Below, piece after piece: positions 40,912 through 52,177 of a stretch of 64,000 nucleotides of DNA. Position 1 is the first letter of the stretch, and every line of letters starts with the position of its first letter. The notes under the pieces were generated by a model. That model did not search any database. It saw nothing but the letters and a program-made list of their open reading frames with translations, and was not told the origin of the DNA. The DNA lies in contig JBGARZ010000005.1 in the NCBI GenBank assembly GCA_044229975.1, forward strand, positions 256,001-320,000, given 5' to 3'. The translations under genes were made by a program, and so were the position numbers. This DNA comes from Polyangiales bacterium. GTDB lineage: Bacteria > Myxococcota_A > Polyangia > Polyangiales > Ga0077539.

Positions 40912-41790
40912 ATGCTGCGACCGGAGGACGTGCGACGGCACGCCGAGATGCTGGGCAACCGGGTGAAGAAGAACCACCGGGTGCTCGCCAAGAAGATGAA
41001 CGCCAACGGCACGAGCGCCTTTCGGCTGTACGACCGCGACATCCCCGAGGTGCGCGCGGTGGTCGACTGGTACGAAGGCGAGCTCGTCGTCAGCGAGTAC
41101 GCGCGGGAGCAGACGGCGGTGGTTCCGGGCTACGTCGACGCGCTGGGCGACGGGGTGGCGGCGGCGATGGGCGTCGAGCGCGCGAGGGTTCATTGCCCCG
41201 ACCGCAACGCGCGCAAGGCCGAGCGGAGCGAGCTGTTGGAGGTGCGCGAAAACGGGATGACCTTCGAGGTGCGCCTCGACGAGCACCCCGACACGGGGCT
41301 GCGCACCGACCTTCGCGAGGTGCGACGGATGGTGCGGGCGCAGGCCGCGGGCAAGCGATACCTCGGACTCTACGCGGGCACCGGGACCTTCACCGTGGCA
41401 GCGGCAGTGGGCGGCGCGCAGAACACCGACAGCGTCGACCCGCAGGGCCGTAACCTTACGCGGACTCGTAAGAACCTCGCCCTCAACGACCGCGACCGGC
41501 CCGAGCACTGGACGACGCTGGCCGAGGTGCGCGACTTCCTCGCGGAGGCGCGGACGAAGCGGCGAAGCTGGGACCTCGCGGTGGTGGAGGTTCCGCCGAA
41601 CGGGGACGTCGAGCTCGACGCCGCGTTTGCCGTGATGGCGCCGGGCTCGACGATGTACGTGGTGGCGACCAACCCGCGGACGGCGCCCGACGTGGCGTTG
41701 ATGCGGGCGTGCGAGGAGATGAGCGGGGAGACGGTTCCGCTCGACCACCGCAACGTGGACATCCACCGCTGCTGGCGGGTGCTCTTCTAA
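40912..41790 (+). CDS. divergent RlmK/RlmI-like SAM-dependent methyltransferase
   Basis: FRLYDRDIPE, VRENGMTFEV, DTGL, LYAGTGTFTV, IHRCW; the DPP motif is replaced by EVPP. Confidence 0.75.
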   Translation: MLRPEDVRRHAEMLGNRVKKNHRVLAKKMNANGTSAFRLYDRDIPEVRAVVDWYEGELVVSEYAREQTAVVPGYVDALGDGVAAAMGVERARVHCPDRNARKAERSELLEVRENGMTFEVRLDEHPDTGLRTDLREVRRMVRAQAAGKRYLGLYAGTGTFTVAAAVGGAQNTDSVDPQGRNLTRTRKNLALNDRDRPEHWTTLAEVRDFLAEARTKRRSWDLAVVEVPPNGDVELDAAFAVMAPGSTMYVVATNPRTAPDVALMRACEEMSGETVPLDHRNVDIHRCWRVLF

Positions 41791-42891
41791 CTACGGCAGC
41801 GGCACGAGCACCGGCACCGCGCTCATTCGTTCGGGGCGCAGGCCGAGCTGCCGCGCCGAGTTGTTGCCCCAGCAGTAGACCTCGTCGTCGAGGGTGGCCG
41901 CGCAGGTGAGCGCGAAGCCCGCCGACACATGGCGCACCGGCGGCAGGCCCATCACGCGCGTCGCGGTGGGGACCGTCGGCGCGATGGGAGACCCGCACTC
42001 GCCATCCGCGTTGCGACCCCAGCACCAGACAGAACCCGCGCGGTCGAGCGCGCAGACGTGACCGAAGCCGCCGGCGATGGCGCTCACGCCGACGAGGCCC
42101 GCGACGGGCTGTGGTAGCGGGCGATCGACGGTGGTTCCGTCGCCGATGGAGCCGTCGCGGTTGTAGCCCCAGCAGCGCACGGTGCCGTCGCCCACGAAGG
42201 CGCAGGCGGTGCCGACGGTGAGCGCGAGCGCGCGGGCGTCGCTGACACCAGGCGCGATGCGCGGCGCGAGCACGGCGATGCGGCCGATGTTGTCGGTGAG
42301 GCGCGGACCCCAGCACCACACCGGACCAGCGCGGGTCGCCGCGCAGAGCTGCTCGTAGCCCGCGGCGAGGGCCGTGACGCCCGCGAGGCCGATGGGGGTC
42401 TGCACGCCGAGAGGGGTGTCGTAGGTCCCGAGGCCGAGGCCGGCGTTGCTGTTGATGCCCCAGGTGCGCGCGGTTCCGTCCGCGAGGGCCGCGACGTTGA
42501 TGCGGAAGCCCATCGCCAGGTGACGCACGCCCGTGAGCGAAGGCACCTCGGTCGGCGTCGCGCGGACGGTGCTGCCGGTCGTGAGTCCGGCGCCCGCGTC
42601 GGCGCCCCAGCAGAGCACGCGACCGTCGCGGGTCACGGCGCAGGTGCCGTCCATGTACGCGACGAGCTGGGCCGCATCGGAGAGGCCGGGCACCTCGGCG
42701 GGCGGGCCCGAGGCGCCCCAGCAGACGACGGTTCCGGTGGGGCGCAGCGCGCAGGCGTGCTGGCGACCGACGGCGACGGTGACGCCGGTGGGGACGGGCG
42801 TCGCAGCGTCGGGGGCGGCGGCGGTGTGGAGCTCGGTGCGTGCGCCGCAGCCGAAGGTGACGAGGAAGGGGAGGACGAGGCGCCAGGACAT
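41791..42891 (-). CDS. RCC1-repeat lipoprotein
   Basis: Lipobox TFGC; repeated G..H.CA...G.V.CWG.N units. Confidence 0.88.
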   Translation of the reverse strand: MSWRLVLPFLVTFGCGARTELHTAAAPDAATPVPTGVTVAVGRQHACALRPTGTVVCWGASGPPAEVPGLSDAAQLVAYMDGTCAVTRDGRVLCWGADAGAGLTTGSTVRATPTEVPSLTGVRHLAMGFRINVAALADGTARTWGINSNAGLGLGTYDTPLGVQTPIGLAGVTALAAGYEQLCAATRAGPVWCWGPRLTDNIGRIAVLAPRIAPGVSDARALALTVGTACAFVGDGTVRCWGYNRDGSIGDGTTVDRPLPQPVAGLVGVSAIAGGFGHVCALDRAGSVWCWGRNADGECGSPIAPTVPTATRVMGLPPVRHVSAGFALTCAATLDDEVYCWGNNSARQLGLRPERMSAVPVLVPLP

Positions 42892-43038
42892 CGCAGGCAG
42901 TGGTACTGCGGTGGTCGTGATGTGTCTTGTTGCTGAAGGTTCGGACCGGGGTTGGTCGCGTCTCGCGCCTGCACCCCGGTCCGACGCGACGACCACCAAC
43001 AGAGCCTCGCTCATCCCCACCTTCGCCTGGGCGCCCCG

Positions 43039-44496
43039 ATGAGGCTCGCCCAACGGCTGACCCTTGGGGTCGTGCTCACCATGATCGCCGTGCTCACGGT
43101 GCACGGCTGGAACCGCGCCCGCCGCGAGTCCGCGCTGCTCGATCGCGAGGGTCGCCGCGACCACCTGCTCCTGGGGCGCGCGCTCGGGCTCGGCATGACC
43201 GAGGCGTGGCGACGCGCCGACGAGGCCGCCGCGCTCGCGCTCGTCGACGCGATGAACCAGTCCGAGTCGGAGATCGAGATCCGCTGGGTGTGGCTCGACG
43301 CGCCGCCGGGCGACCGGGCACGGCCCCACGCCCCGCCGCAGACGCTCGGCGCAGTCGCGCGCGGCGAGGAGGTCGCCTGGGTCGAGGATGGCCCCGGCAG
43401 CGCCGACCAGCTCTACACGTACGTCCCCGTACGACTTCCGAGCGCCCGCCTCGGCGCCATCGAGCTCTCCGAGTCGCTCGTGGCCGACGCGCAGTTCGTT
43501 CGCACCAGCGTGCGCAACACCGTGACCGCCACCGCCACCGCCACCCTCGTGTGCGGCCTCGTGGTGGTCGCCCTCGGGGTGTTTCTCGTCGGTCGACCGG
43601 TGCGCCTGCTCGTCGCGCAGGCCCGACGCATCGGCGCGGGTGACTTCGCGTCGCGGCTCCACCTGGAGCGCCGCGATGAGCTCGGCGAGCTCGCCGACGA
43701 AATGAACGCCATGAGCGACCGCCTCGCCGCCGCCCACGACCGGCTGCTGGAGGAGACCGCCGCGCGCCTCGCCGCGCAGAAGGGACTCGAACACGCCGAC
43801 CGGCTCACCACCGTCGGCCGCCTCGCCGCGGGCATCGCCCACGAGCTCGGCACGCCCCTCAACGTCATCTCCATGCGCGCCCAGATGGTGAGCTCCCGCG
43901 AGGTGTCCGGCGACGCGGCCCTCGACGCCGCGCGCATCATCGGGGCGCAGGCCGATCGCATGGCCGCCATCATCCGGCAGCTCCTCGATTTTGCGCGGCG
44001 CCGTGGTCCATCGAAGGCCGTGTGCGACCTGCGGAGCCTCGTCGACGGCGCGGCCTCGCTGCTGCGCCCGCTCGCGCAGAAGCGACGCGTCACCCTGGAG
44101 GTGCGGCACCCCGCCGAGGCCCTCGACGTGGAGCTCGACGCGGGGCAGATCCACCAGGCGCTGACCAACCTCGTCGTCAACGCCGTCGACGCCATGCCCG
44201 AGGGCGGAGCCATCACCGTGAGCGTGGGCCGGGGACGTGTCGTTCCGCCGGTCGAGCACGGTGGGGCGGAGGGGGAGTACGCCCACGTGGCGGTGCAGGA
44301 CCAGGGCGTCGCCGTCGCGCCGGAGGTGCTGGCGCATGTGTTCGAGCCCTTCTTCACCACCAAGGACGTGGGCGAAGGCACCGGGCTCGGGCTGTCGGTC
44401 TCCTACGGCCTCGTGCGCGAGCACGGCGGCTGGATCGCCGCCGAGAGCCGCCCCGGCGAAGGCAGCCGCTTCACGCTCTACCTCCCGCTCGGGTAG
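43039..44496 (+). CDS. HAMP-domain sensor histidine kinase
   Basis: Two TMs, HAMP (DELGELADEMNAM), AHELGTPL, NAVDA, DQG, FFTTK, GTGLGL. Confidence 0.94.
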   Translation: MRLAQRLTLGVVLTMIAVLTVHGWNRARRESALLDREGRRDHLLLGRALGLGMTEAWRRADEAAALALVDAMNQSESEIEIRWVWLDAPPGDRARPHAPPQTLGAVARGEEVAWVEDGPGSADQLYTYVPVRLPSARLGAIELSESLVADAQFVRTSVRNTVTATATATLVCGLVVVALGVFLVGRPVRLLVAQARRIGAGDFASRLHLERRDELGELADEMNAMSDRLAAAHDRLLEETAARLAAQKGLEHADRLTTVGRLAAGIAHELGTPLNVISMRAQMVSSREVSGDAALDAARIIGAQADRMAAIIRQLLDFARRRGPSKAVCDLRSLVDGAASLLRPLAQKRRVTLEVRHPAEALDVELDAGQIHQALTNLVVNAVDAMPEGGAITVSVGRGRVVPPVEHGGAEGEYAHVAVQDQGVAVAPEVLAHVFEPFFTTKDVGEGTGLGLSVSYGLVREHGGWIAAESRPGEGSRFTLYLPLG

Positions 44497-44499
44497 CGC

Positions 44500-45860
<1,361 letters not shown>

Positions 45861-45864
<4 letters not shown>

Positions 45865-46358
45865 GGCGCGGGCCTGCCCGCGGCGAACATCGCCCCCTCC
45901 GCCGCACGTCGCGCCGTGAGCCCGTTGCTCACGACGAGCTGTCCGTTCTGGCGGACCTTGTTGAAGAGCGCGAGCGCCGCGGGGACGGCGTCCCAGTCGC
46001 GGGCGTTGACCAGCCGCAGCGCGGTGCTGCTCGCGAAGTTTCCCGCGCCGACGTTGTAGACGAAGGACACCAGCGCATCGAACTGCCGCGCCGTCAGCTC
46101 GACCTGCACGCCGCGGTTCACGGCACCGACCGCGGTCGCCGCGTCGGCCTTCAAGAGCCTCGTGGCGGTGGCCTCGTCGATGCCGTTCTTGAAGGCCTCG
46201 CTCGCGATCTCGGCGGCGGTGAGCTTGTGCCCGTACCCGACGGTCGGAAAGCCCGCGACGTCGTTGTAGACCCGGGGCGAAAACGCTCCCGTCCCAGGCT
46301 CACCCTCCCAGCGCTTGATGAGATCGAGGCCCGACGTGCTGATGTCCATCGTCGGCAT
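45861..46358 (-). CDS. GH24 phage-type lysozyme
   Basis: LIKRWEG ... YNDVAGFPTVGYGH, QFDALVSFVYNVG, GLTARRAAE. Confidence 0.92.
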
Positions 46359-46359
46359 G

Positions 46360-47829
46360 TTACGGCACCACCAGCGCAGCGGCGCGCTCCAGGTCGGCCT
46401 CGGACTCGGCGAAGGCTTCTTGCAGGTTCATCTCCTGCGCGCGGGCGTCCCACATCGAGCGGTACGCATCGAGGAGGTCTTGAATCGTGAAGGCCGACGA
46501 GCCGCTGCCGCCGGACTGGTAGGTCACCTCCGCGCGGCGCACGAGCTCCGCGGTCGCCGTCACCGTCTGCGCGCGGTACTCCTCCAGCGCCGCCCTCGCG
46601 TGGGCCCGCGCCGCCCACGCGCCCGACACCTCGCGGTCGATGCGAACCTCCAGCGCCGACGCGAGCGAGCGCTGCGCGTCGGCCTCGGTGTTGGCCCGCC
46701 CGACGAGGCCCTGGTTGCGGTCAAACACCGGCAGCGGAAACGACAGCCCAGCGCTCACGGAGATGCTGCCCGGATCCTGCGTGGCATACGCGCCCACGAA
46801 GACGCTCGGCGACCAGCGGTTCTCGGCGCTCCACCGTGATACCGTGGCCTGCGAGACGACCACCCCGCGACGGGCGAGCTCGAGGTCGGGCCGACGACGC
46901 AGCGCCAGCTCCAGCAGCGCCTGCCGGTCTTCCGGCCCGCGAAACGCTGACAAGCCCTCGCGCGTGATGGGCACCGACGTCACGTCCGGGTCGGCGATGC
47001 GCGCCGCGAGTCGTGCCTCGGCGCGGTCGCGCTCCACCCGCGCGTCGTTGAGCGCCGCGCGCAAGGTCGAGGCGCCCACGCGAACCCGCAGCGCGTCGTA
47101 GGTCGAGCTCGCCCCGGCCGCGAGGCGCCGCTCGACGATCTCCTCCAGCCGCGCCACCTGCGCGAGGTTGGCCTCGGCGACGGTCACCCGCGCGTCCGCG
47201 AAGGCGCGGGCGACCATCAGGGCCTGGAGGTCGGAGGCCATGGTCCAGAGCGACACGGCGACGTTGACCTCGCTCTGCGAGAGGGCCGCCACGGCCGCGT
47301 CCCGGCGCGCGCGCACCTGGCCAAACACCGTCAGCGGCTGCGTGAGCTGGATGCCGTAGTTGGTGCGGCCGTCGGGGGGCGTTCCGGCGGGGGTGCCGAC
47401 GAAGTTCACCTGCAACGAGGGGTTGGGCCACAGCGCCGCCGTGACGACGTCGAAGCGCGCCTCGCGCACCTGCGCCCGCAGCGACGCCACCTCCTGGCTA
47501 CGGTCGGCCCAGCGACGCAGCACGCTCGCCTCGGTGACCGTCGCGCTCTCCGTCGTCTGCGCCGCCGCAGTGACGGGAGCGAGCGCGAGCAAGACGAAGG
47601 CGGCGACGGCGAGCAGAGGGCGGTTGCGGTGTGCCCCTTTCCCCGCTGCCGCGCGCCCTACCCCCGCGCTCAGGGCGCAGGGGCAGGGCTCCGCACGTTG
47701 CCAGGTTCGCGCTTGGTCTGCGGACGTCGGAGCCCTGCCCCTGCGCCCTGAGCGCGGGGGTAGGGCGCGCGGCAGCGGGGAAGGGGGCACACCGCACGCA
47801 AGAACAAGACGCATCCAACGACCCATCAT
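46360..47829 (-). CDS. TolC/CzcC-family outer-membrane factor with in-frame palindromic insert in the N-terminus
   Basis: PNP, ALRRRPDL, FPLPVFDRNQG; ATG 47829 overlaps the RND stop (ATGA). Confidence 0.88.
   Translation of the reverse strand: MMGRWMRLVLACGVPPSPLPRALPPRSGRRGRAPTSADQARTWQRAEPCPCALSAGVGRAAAGKGAHRNRPLLAVAAFVLLALAPVTAAAQTTESATVTEASVLRRWADRSQEVASLRAQVREARFDVVTAALWPNPSLQVNFVGTPAGTPPDGRTNYGIQLTQPLTVFGQVRARRDAAVAALSQSEVNVAVSLWTMASDLQALMVARAFADARVTVAEANLAQVARLEEIVERRLAAGASSTYDALRVRVGASTLRAALNDARVERDRAEARLAARIADPDVTSVPITREGLSAFRGPEDRQALLELALRRRPDLELARRGVVVSQATVSRWSAENRWSPSVFVGAYATQDPGSISVSAGLSFPLPVFDRNQGLVGRANTEADAQRSLASALEVRIDREVSGAWAARAHARAALEEYRAQTVTATAELVRRAEVTYQSGGSGSSAFTIQDLLDAYRSMWDARAQEMNLQEAFAESEADLERAAALVVP
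47625..47796. repeat. long inverted repeat, 69-bp arms (1 mismatch), 34-nt spacer; MITE/REPIN-like
   Basis: 47625-47693 is the reverse complement of 47728-47796. Confidence 0.92.
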
Positions 47830-50800
47830 CGCGACTCCTCCCCCACCAGCGAGGTCGGCGCGGAGGGGCCGTCGCCTCGCTCGATCCATGCGTAGAGCAC
47901 CGGCAACGTGAGCAGCAGCAGCGGCGTCGCCAGCAGCACACCGCCCACGATCACCAACGCGAACGGACGCTGCGTCTCGCTGCCCATCGCGTGCGAGAGC
48001 GCCGCGGGTAGCAGGCCCAGCGCCGCCAGCGTCGCCGTGATGAGCACCGCGCGCATGCGGCGGGCCGTCCCCTCGGTGATGGCCTCGGCGAGGGTCATCC
48101 CCTGGTCGCGCAGCTCGTTGATGGACGACACCACCACCACGCCCGCGAGCACCGTCTGACCCAGCAGCGCGATGCCGCCGACGATCGCCGACACCGAGAG
48201 GTTCACGCCCGTCAGCGCCAGCGCGAGGGCCGCGCCCGGCAGGCACATCGGCGCCGCAGCCAGCACCACCAGCGCGCTGCGCATCCGACCGAACACCCCG
48301 TACAGCAGCGCCCCGATGAGCAGCAGCACGATGGGAACGATGAACGCCAGCCGCCGCATCGCCCGCTGCTGGCTCTCGAACTCGCCGCCCCACGTCATCG
48401 TGTAGCCCGATGGCAGGTGCACCGAGCGCCCCACCCGCTGCCGCGCGTCGGCCACCACGCTGCCGAGGTCGCGGCCCTCGATGTTGAACTTCAGCGCGAT
48501 GAAGCGTGACCCCTGGTTGCGCTGGATGGCCGCGCGACCCGTCCCGACGTGCACCGTCGCCAGGGCACCCAGCGGAACCCTCGCCCCGCCCGGCGTGCTC
48601 ACCGGAATCTCGCGGATGCGATCGATGCCCAGTCGGAACGGCTCGGCCAGGCGCACCGCCACCTCGACGCGCCGTTCGCCCTCCCAGATCTCCGTCGCCA
48701 CGTCGCCGCCGATGGCCGCCTCGATGACGTCGTCGACGTCCGCGACGCGCAGCCCGTAGCGGGCGATGGCCTCGCGGTCGATGTCGAGCCGCAGCTGCGG
48801 CACGACCCCCGTCTGGTAGAGCCCCAGGTCGCGCACTCCCCGCACCGGCGCGATGGCGTCGCGCACCTGTTCGGCGAGGCGCTGCATCACGTCGAGGTCG
48901 TCGCCGTAGATCTTGATCGCGACCTTGCCCTTGATGCCGGAGATGCTCTCCAGGACGTTGTCGACGATGGGCTGCGAGAAGATGTACTGCACGCCCGGAA
49001 CCTCCGTGAGCCGCGCGCGCATCGCCTCGACGAGCTGCGTGCGCGAGCGCCCGGTGGTCCACTCCTCCTCGGGGCGCAGGCTCACCATGATCTGCGCGAT
49101 GTTCACCGGGGCGGGGTCGGTCCCGTCCTCGGGGCGGCCGAGCTGCGAGACGGCCTCGCGCACCTCCGGGAAGCTACGGATGATCGCGCGGAGCTGCGGC
49201 ACGATGCGCTCTCCCTCTTCGAGCGACTGCGACGGCGGGAAGAGCGCGCTCACGAACATCCCGCCCTCGTTGAGCTCGGGGAGGAATTCCGACCCGAGCG
49301 TGCGGCCCGCGAGCCCGGCGACGAACACCGCGGACAGGGCGATGGCGCCGACGATCTTCCGCCGCGAGAGGCCCCAGGTGATGACCCGCTCGTAACCGCG
49401 ACGCAGCGCCGAGACCCAGCGCGGCTCGGGGTGATGACCCGGCGCGGGCAGCTTGATGGCCAGCCGCGACAGCGCGGGAACGATGGTGAGCGACCACACG
49501 AGCGCGCCCAGCAGGGCGAAGCCGTAGGTGAGCGCCATGGGGGCGAAGATGCGTCCCTCGACGCGCTCCATGGTGAAGATGGGGAGCAGCGCCGCCGTGA
49601 TGATCGCGAGCGAGAACACCACCGGCCGCACCACTTGAGCAGCGGCCTCGCGCACCACGTCGGCGCGGTTGAGGTCAGGGCGCGTGGCGCCGACGTGATA
49701 GACGGTCTCGACGAAGATCACCGCCCCGTCGACGAGGATGCCGAAGTCCACGGCGCCCAGCGAGATGAGGTTGGCGGGCATCTTCAGGAGGCGCAGCCCC
49801 GTGAAGGCAGTGAGCAGCGCGAGCGGGATGACCGTCGCCACCACGAGCGGCCCGCGCCACGCGCCGAGGAAGAGCATCAGCACCAGCACCACGAAGAACG
49901 CCCCCTCGACGAGGTTGTGCTTCACCGTGTGGAGCGAGCGCTCCATGAGGGTCGTTCGGTCGTAGTAGGGGACCACCCGAGCGCCGCGCGGGAGCACCTC
50001 GCGGTTGAGGCGATCGACGGCTTCGTGGATGCCCGCAAGCACCACCGCGGGGTGCGATCGCTTGCGGAGGAGCACGATGCCTTCGGGCGATTCGTTTTCG
50101 GCGCCACGACCGACCACCCCGCGACGCGGGACGTGGCCGAGCACCGTCTGCGCGACGTCGTCGAGGTGCACCGGAACACCACGCGGCGCCGACAAGGCGA
50201 CGTGGGCGAGGTCGCGCGGGTCCTGGAGATAGCCGAGGCCGCGGACGACGTACTCCTCCGCGCCGTGGCGGAGGTAGTTGCCGCCCGCGGCGCCCGACGA
50301 CCGCTGTAGCGCCGTCACCACATCGGGAATGGACAGCCCGCGCGAGGACAGCCGCGTCGGGTCGACGTGCACCTGGTACTGCCGCTGGAAGCCGCCGAAG
50401 GAGACCACGTCGGCCACGCCGGGGACGCGCCGCAGGTAGCGCGAGACGACCCAGTCTTGCAGGCCACGACGGTCCATGGCCGTCATGCCGGGGGCCTCGA
50501 TGGTGTAGCGGTAGACCTCGCCGACGGGCGTGGACTCGGGGCCGAGGTGGGCGATGAGACCTTCGGGGAGATCGACCTCGCGCAGCCGCTCGCCGACGCG
50601 GGTGCGCGCGAGAAAGTCATCGGCGCCGTCGTCGAAGGTGCAGGTGATCTGCGAGAGACCGAACACCGAGATGGACCGCAGGTCGACCATGTCGGGCGTC
50701 CCGGCGAGCTCGCGCTCGATGGGGATGGTCACCTGCCGCTCGACCTCTTCCGCGGCGCGTCCGGGCGCGACGGTGATGATCTGCACCTGGAGGTTGGTGA

Positions 50801-50924
50801 CGTCGGGGAAGGCCTCGATGGGGACCCCGAGCATCTGCCCGTACCCGATGAGCGCCGCGATGATGGTGACGACGACGACGGCCCAGGGCTTCTGCACCGC
50901 GAGCGAGACGAGCTTCTGCAACAT
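47826..50924 (-). CDS. CzcA/CusA-family heavy-metal RND permease
   Basis: EAFPDVT, EEVERQVT.PIE, SLGAVDFGILVDGA, GSEFLPELNEG, GSETQRPFA. Confidence 0.94.
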   Translation of the reverse strand: MLQKLVSLAVQKPWAVVVVTIIAALIGYGQMLGVPIEAFPDVTNLQVQIITVAPGRAAEEVERQVTIPIERELAGTPDMVDLRSISVFGLSQITCTFDDGADDFLARTRVGERLREVDLPEGLIAHLGPESTPVGEVYRYTIEAPGMTAMDRRGLQDWVVSRYLRRVPGVADVVSFGGFQRQYQVHVDPTRLSSRGLSIPDVVTALQRSSGAAGGNYLRHGAEEYVVRGLGYLQDPRDLAHVALSAPRGVPVHLDDVAQTVLGHVPRRGVVGRGAENESPEGIVLLRKRSHPAVVLAGIHEAVDRLNREVLPRGARVVPYYDRTTLMERSLHTVKHNLVEGAFFVVLVLMLFLGAWRGPLVVATVIPLALLTAFTGLRLLKMPANLISLGAVDFGILVDGAVIFVETVYHVGATRPDLNRADVVREAAAQVVRPVVFSLAIITAALLPIFTMERVEGRIFAPMALTYGFALLGALVWSLTIVPALSRLAIKLPAPGHHPEPRWVSALRRGYERVITWGLSRRKIVGAIALSAVFVAGLAGRTLGSEFLPELNEGGMFVSALFPPSQSLEEGERIVPQLRAIIRSFPEVREAVSQLGRPEDGTDPAPVNIAQIMVSLRPEEEWTTGRSRTQLVEAMRARLTEVPGVQYIFSQPIVDNVLESISGIKGKVAIKIYGDDLDVMQRLAEQVRDAIAPVRGVRDLGLYQTGVVPQLRLDIDREAIARYGLRVADVDDVIEAAIGGDVATEIWEGERRVEVAVRLAEPFRLGIDRIREIPVSTPGGARVPLGALATVHVGTGRAAIQRNQGSRFIALKFNIEGRDLGSVVADARQRVGRSVHLPSGYTMTWGGEFESQQRAMRRLAFIVPIVLLLIGALLYGVFGRMRSALVVLAAAPMCLPGAALALALTGVNLSVSAIVGGIALLGQTVLAGVVVVSSINELRDQGMTLAEAITEGTARRMRAVLITATLAALGLLPAALSHAMGSETQRPFALVIVGGVLLATPLLLLTLPVLYAWIERGDGPSAPTSLVGEESR

Positions 50925-52030
50925 CACAGCACCTGTTCGGCGGCGGCATCGAGCAGGAGGGCGCCCTCCACCACGACGCGCTCTCCCACGCGCAAGCCCT
51001 CGCGCACCTGGGCGCGTCCATCGAGCTCGGCGCCCACCACCACGCGACGCCGGTCGTAGTGGCCGGGGGTCGTCTCGACGAAGACGTTGTAGCCGTTGGA
51101 CTCGGTGATGAGCGCGCTCACCGGGACGATGGGGACACCGACGGACTGCGTTCGCACCGTGACGCGCGCGAACATCTCGGGCTTGAGCGCGTGGTCGGGG
51201 TTGGGGAGGCTGATGCGGACGACGAGGGTGCGGGTGTTGGGGTCGACGGCCTCGGCCACGCGGTCGACGACGCTGGTGAAGCGACGACCGGGGAGCGCGG
51301 GGACGTCGATCTCGACGGCGTCGCCCGCGTTGACGGCCGAGCCCTGCGCTTCGTGCAGGTGGGCGAGCACCCAGACGCGGTCGAGGTCGGCGATGAGGAA
51401 GGCCGGGTCGACGGCGCTCGATCGCGCCTCGGCGCCGACGCGGAGGGAGCGCTGGACGATGGTTCCGGCGATGGGCGCGCGGAGGATGTACGTGCCGACG
51501 GCGACGCGCGGTGCGCCCATGCTCTGGAGCACGGCGCCCGCGCGGGCCTCCTCGGCGCGCGCCGTGGCGAGGGCGGTGCGGGCGTCGATGACGTCGCGCT
51601 GCGATCCGGCCCCGTCGTCGGCGAGGCGCTGGGCGCGGGCGAGCGCCTGCTCGGCGGCGACGCGGTTGATGCGCGCCTCGGAGAGACCCGCCCCGGCACC
51701 GGCGACCTCGGCGCTGTACACGTTGGCCAGGGCAGCGCCCGCGAGAACGTGGTCACCCGGCGCGGCGAGCAAACGGATGACGCGACCCTGGACGGGCGGG
51801 ATGACGGCGGCGACGTTGCTCTCGTCGAGGGTGACGCTGCCTTGCGCGACGATGGCCGCGCCGTGGGCGTCGAGCGCGACGGGCTCGATGCGCATGAAGT
51901 TGGAGAGCGGAACAGGCGGGGGCGCGCGATCGGGCGGCGGGTGGCGGGTGCAGCCGCCGGGAGCGGCGAGTGCGCCGAGGGTGAGCAGGAGAGAGCAGAG
52001 GTGACGGGGGAAGGCAGCGGTCCGGGGCAT
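50924..52030 (-). CDS. RND periplasmic adaptor (CzcB-like)
   Basis: Lipobox-like PGGC; APIAGTIV, ADLDRVWV, DPNTRT, LKPEMFA, GLRVGERVV. Confidence 0.9.
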   Translation of the reverse strand: MPRTAAFPRHLCSLLLTLGALAAPGGCTRHPPPDRAPPPVPLSNFMRIEPVALDAHGAAIVAQGSVTLDESNVAAVIPPVQGRVIRLLAAPGDHVLAGAALANVYSAEVAGAGAGLSEARINRVAAEQALARAQRLADDGAGSQRDVIDARTALATARAEEARAGAVLQSMGAPRVAVGTYILRAPIAGTIVQRSLRVGAEARSSAVDPAFLIADLDRVWVLAHLHEAQGSAVNAGDAVEIDVPALPGRRFTSVVDRVAEAVDPNTRTLVVRISLPNPDHALKPEMFARVTVRTQSVGVPIVPVSALITESNGYNVFVETTPGHYDRRRVVVGAELDGRAQVREGLRVGERVVVEGALLLDAAAEQVL

Positions 52031-52177
52031 GACGGCGGGCGCTTGAGCAAGGGGTGTTCCCAACGGGTCCGGGCGGCGGAAGCGCTGGTGGGCGGAGAAA
52101 GCGGACGTGTCATTTCGATACGTGTTCAGGATTGAGACACTCCCCCGAAGACACCGATCACCCGACGAGGCCCTTCG

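Noticed and set aside
52114..52130. Myxococcus-type LexA box (…ACGTGTTCAGG)
   Set aside because: Only the 3' half matches my recollection of the consensus, and the flanking genes are not SOS genes.
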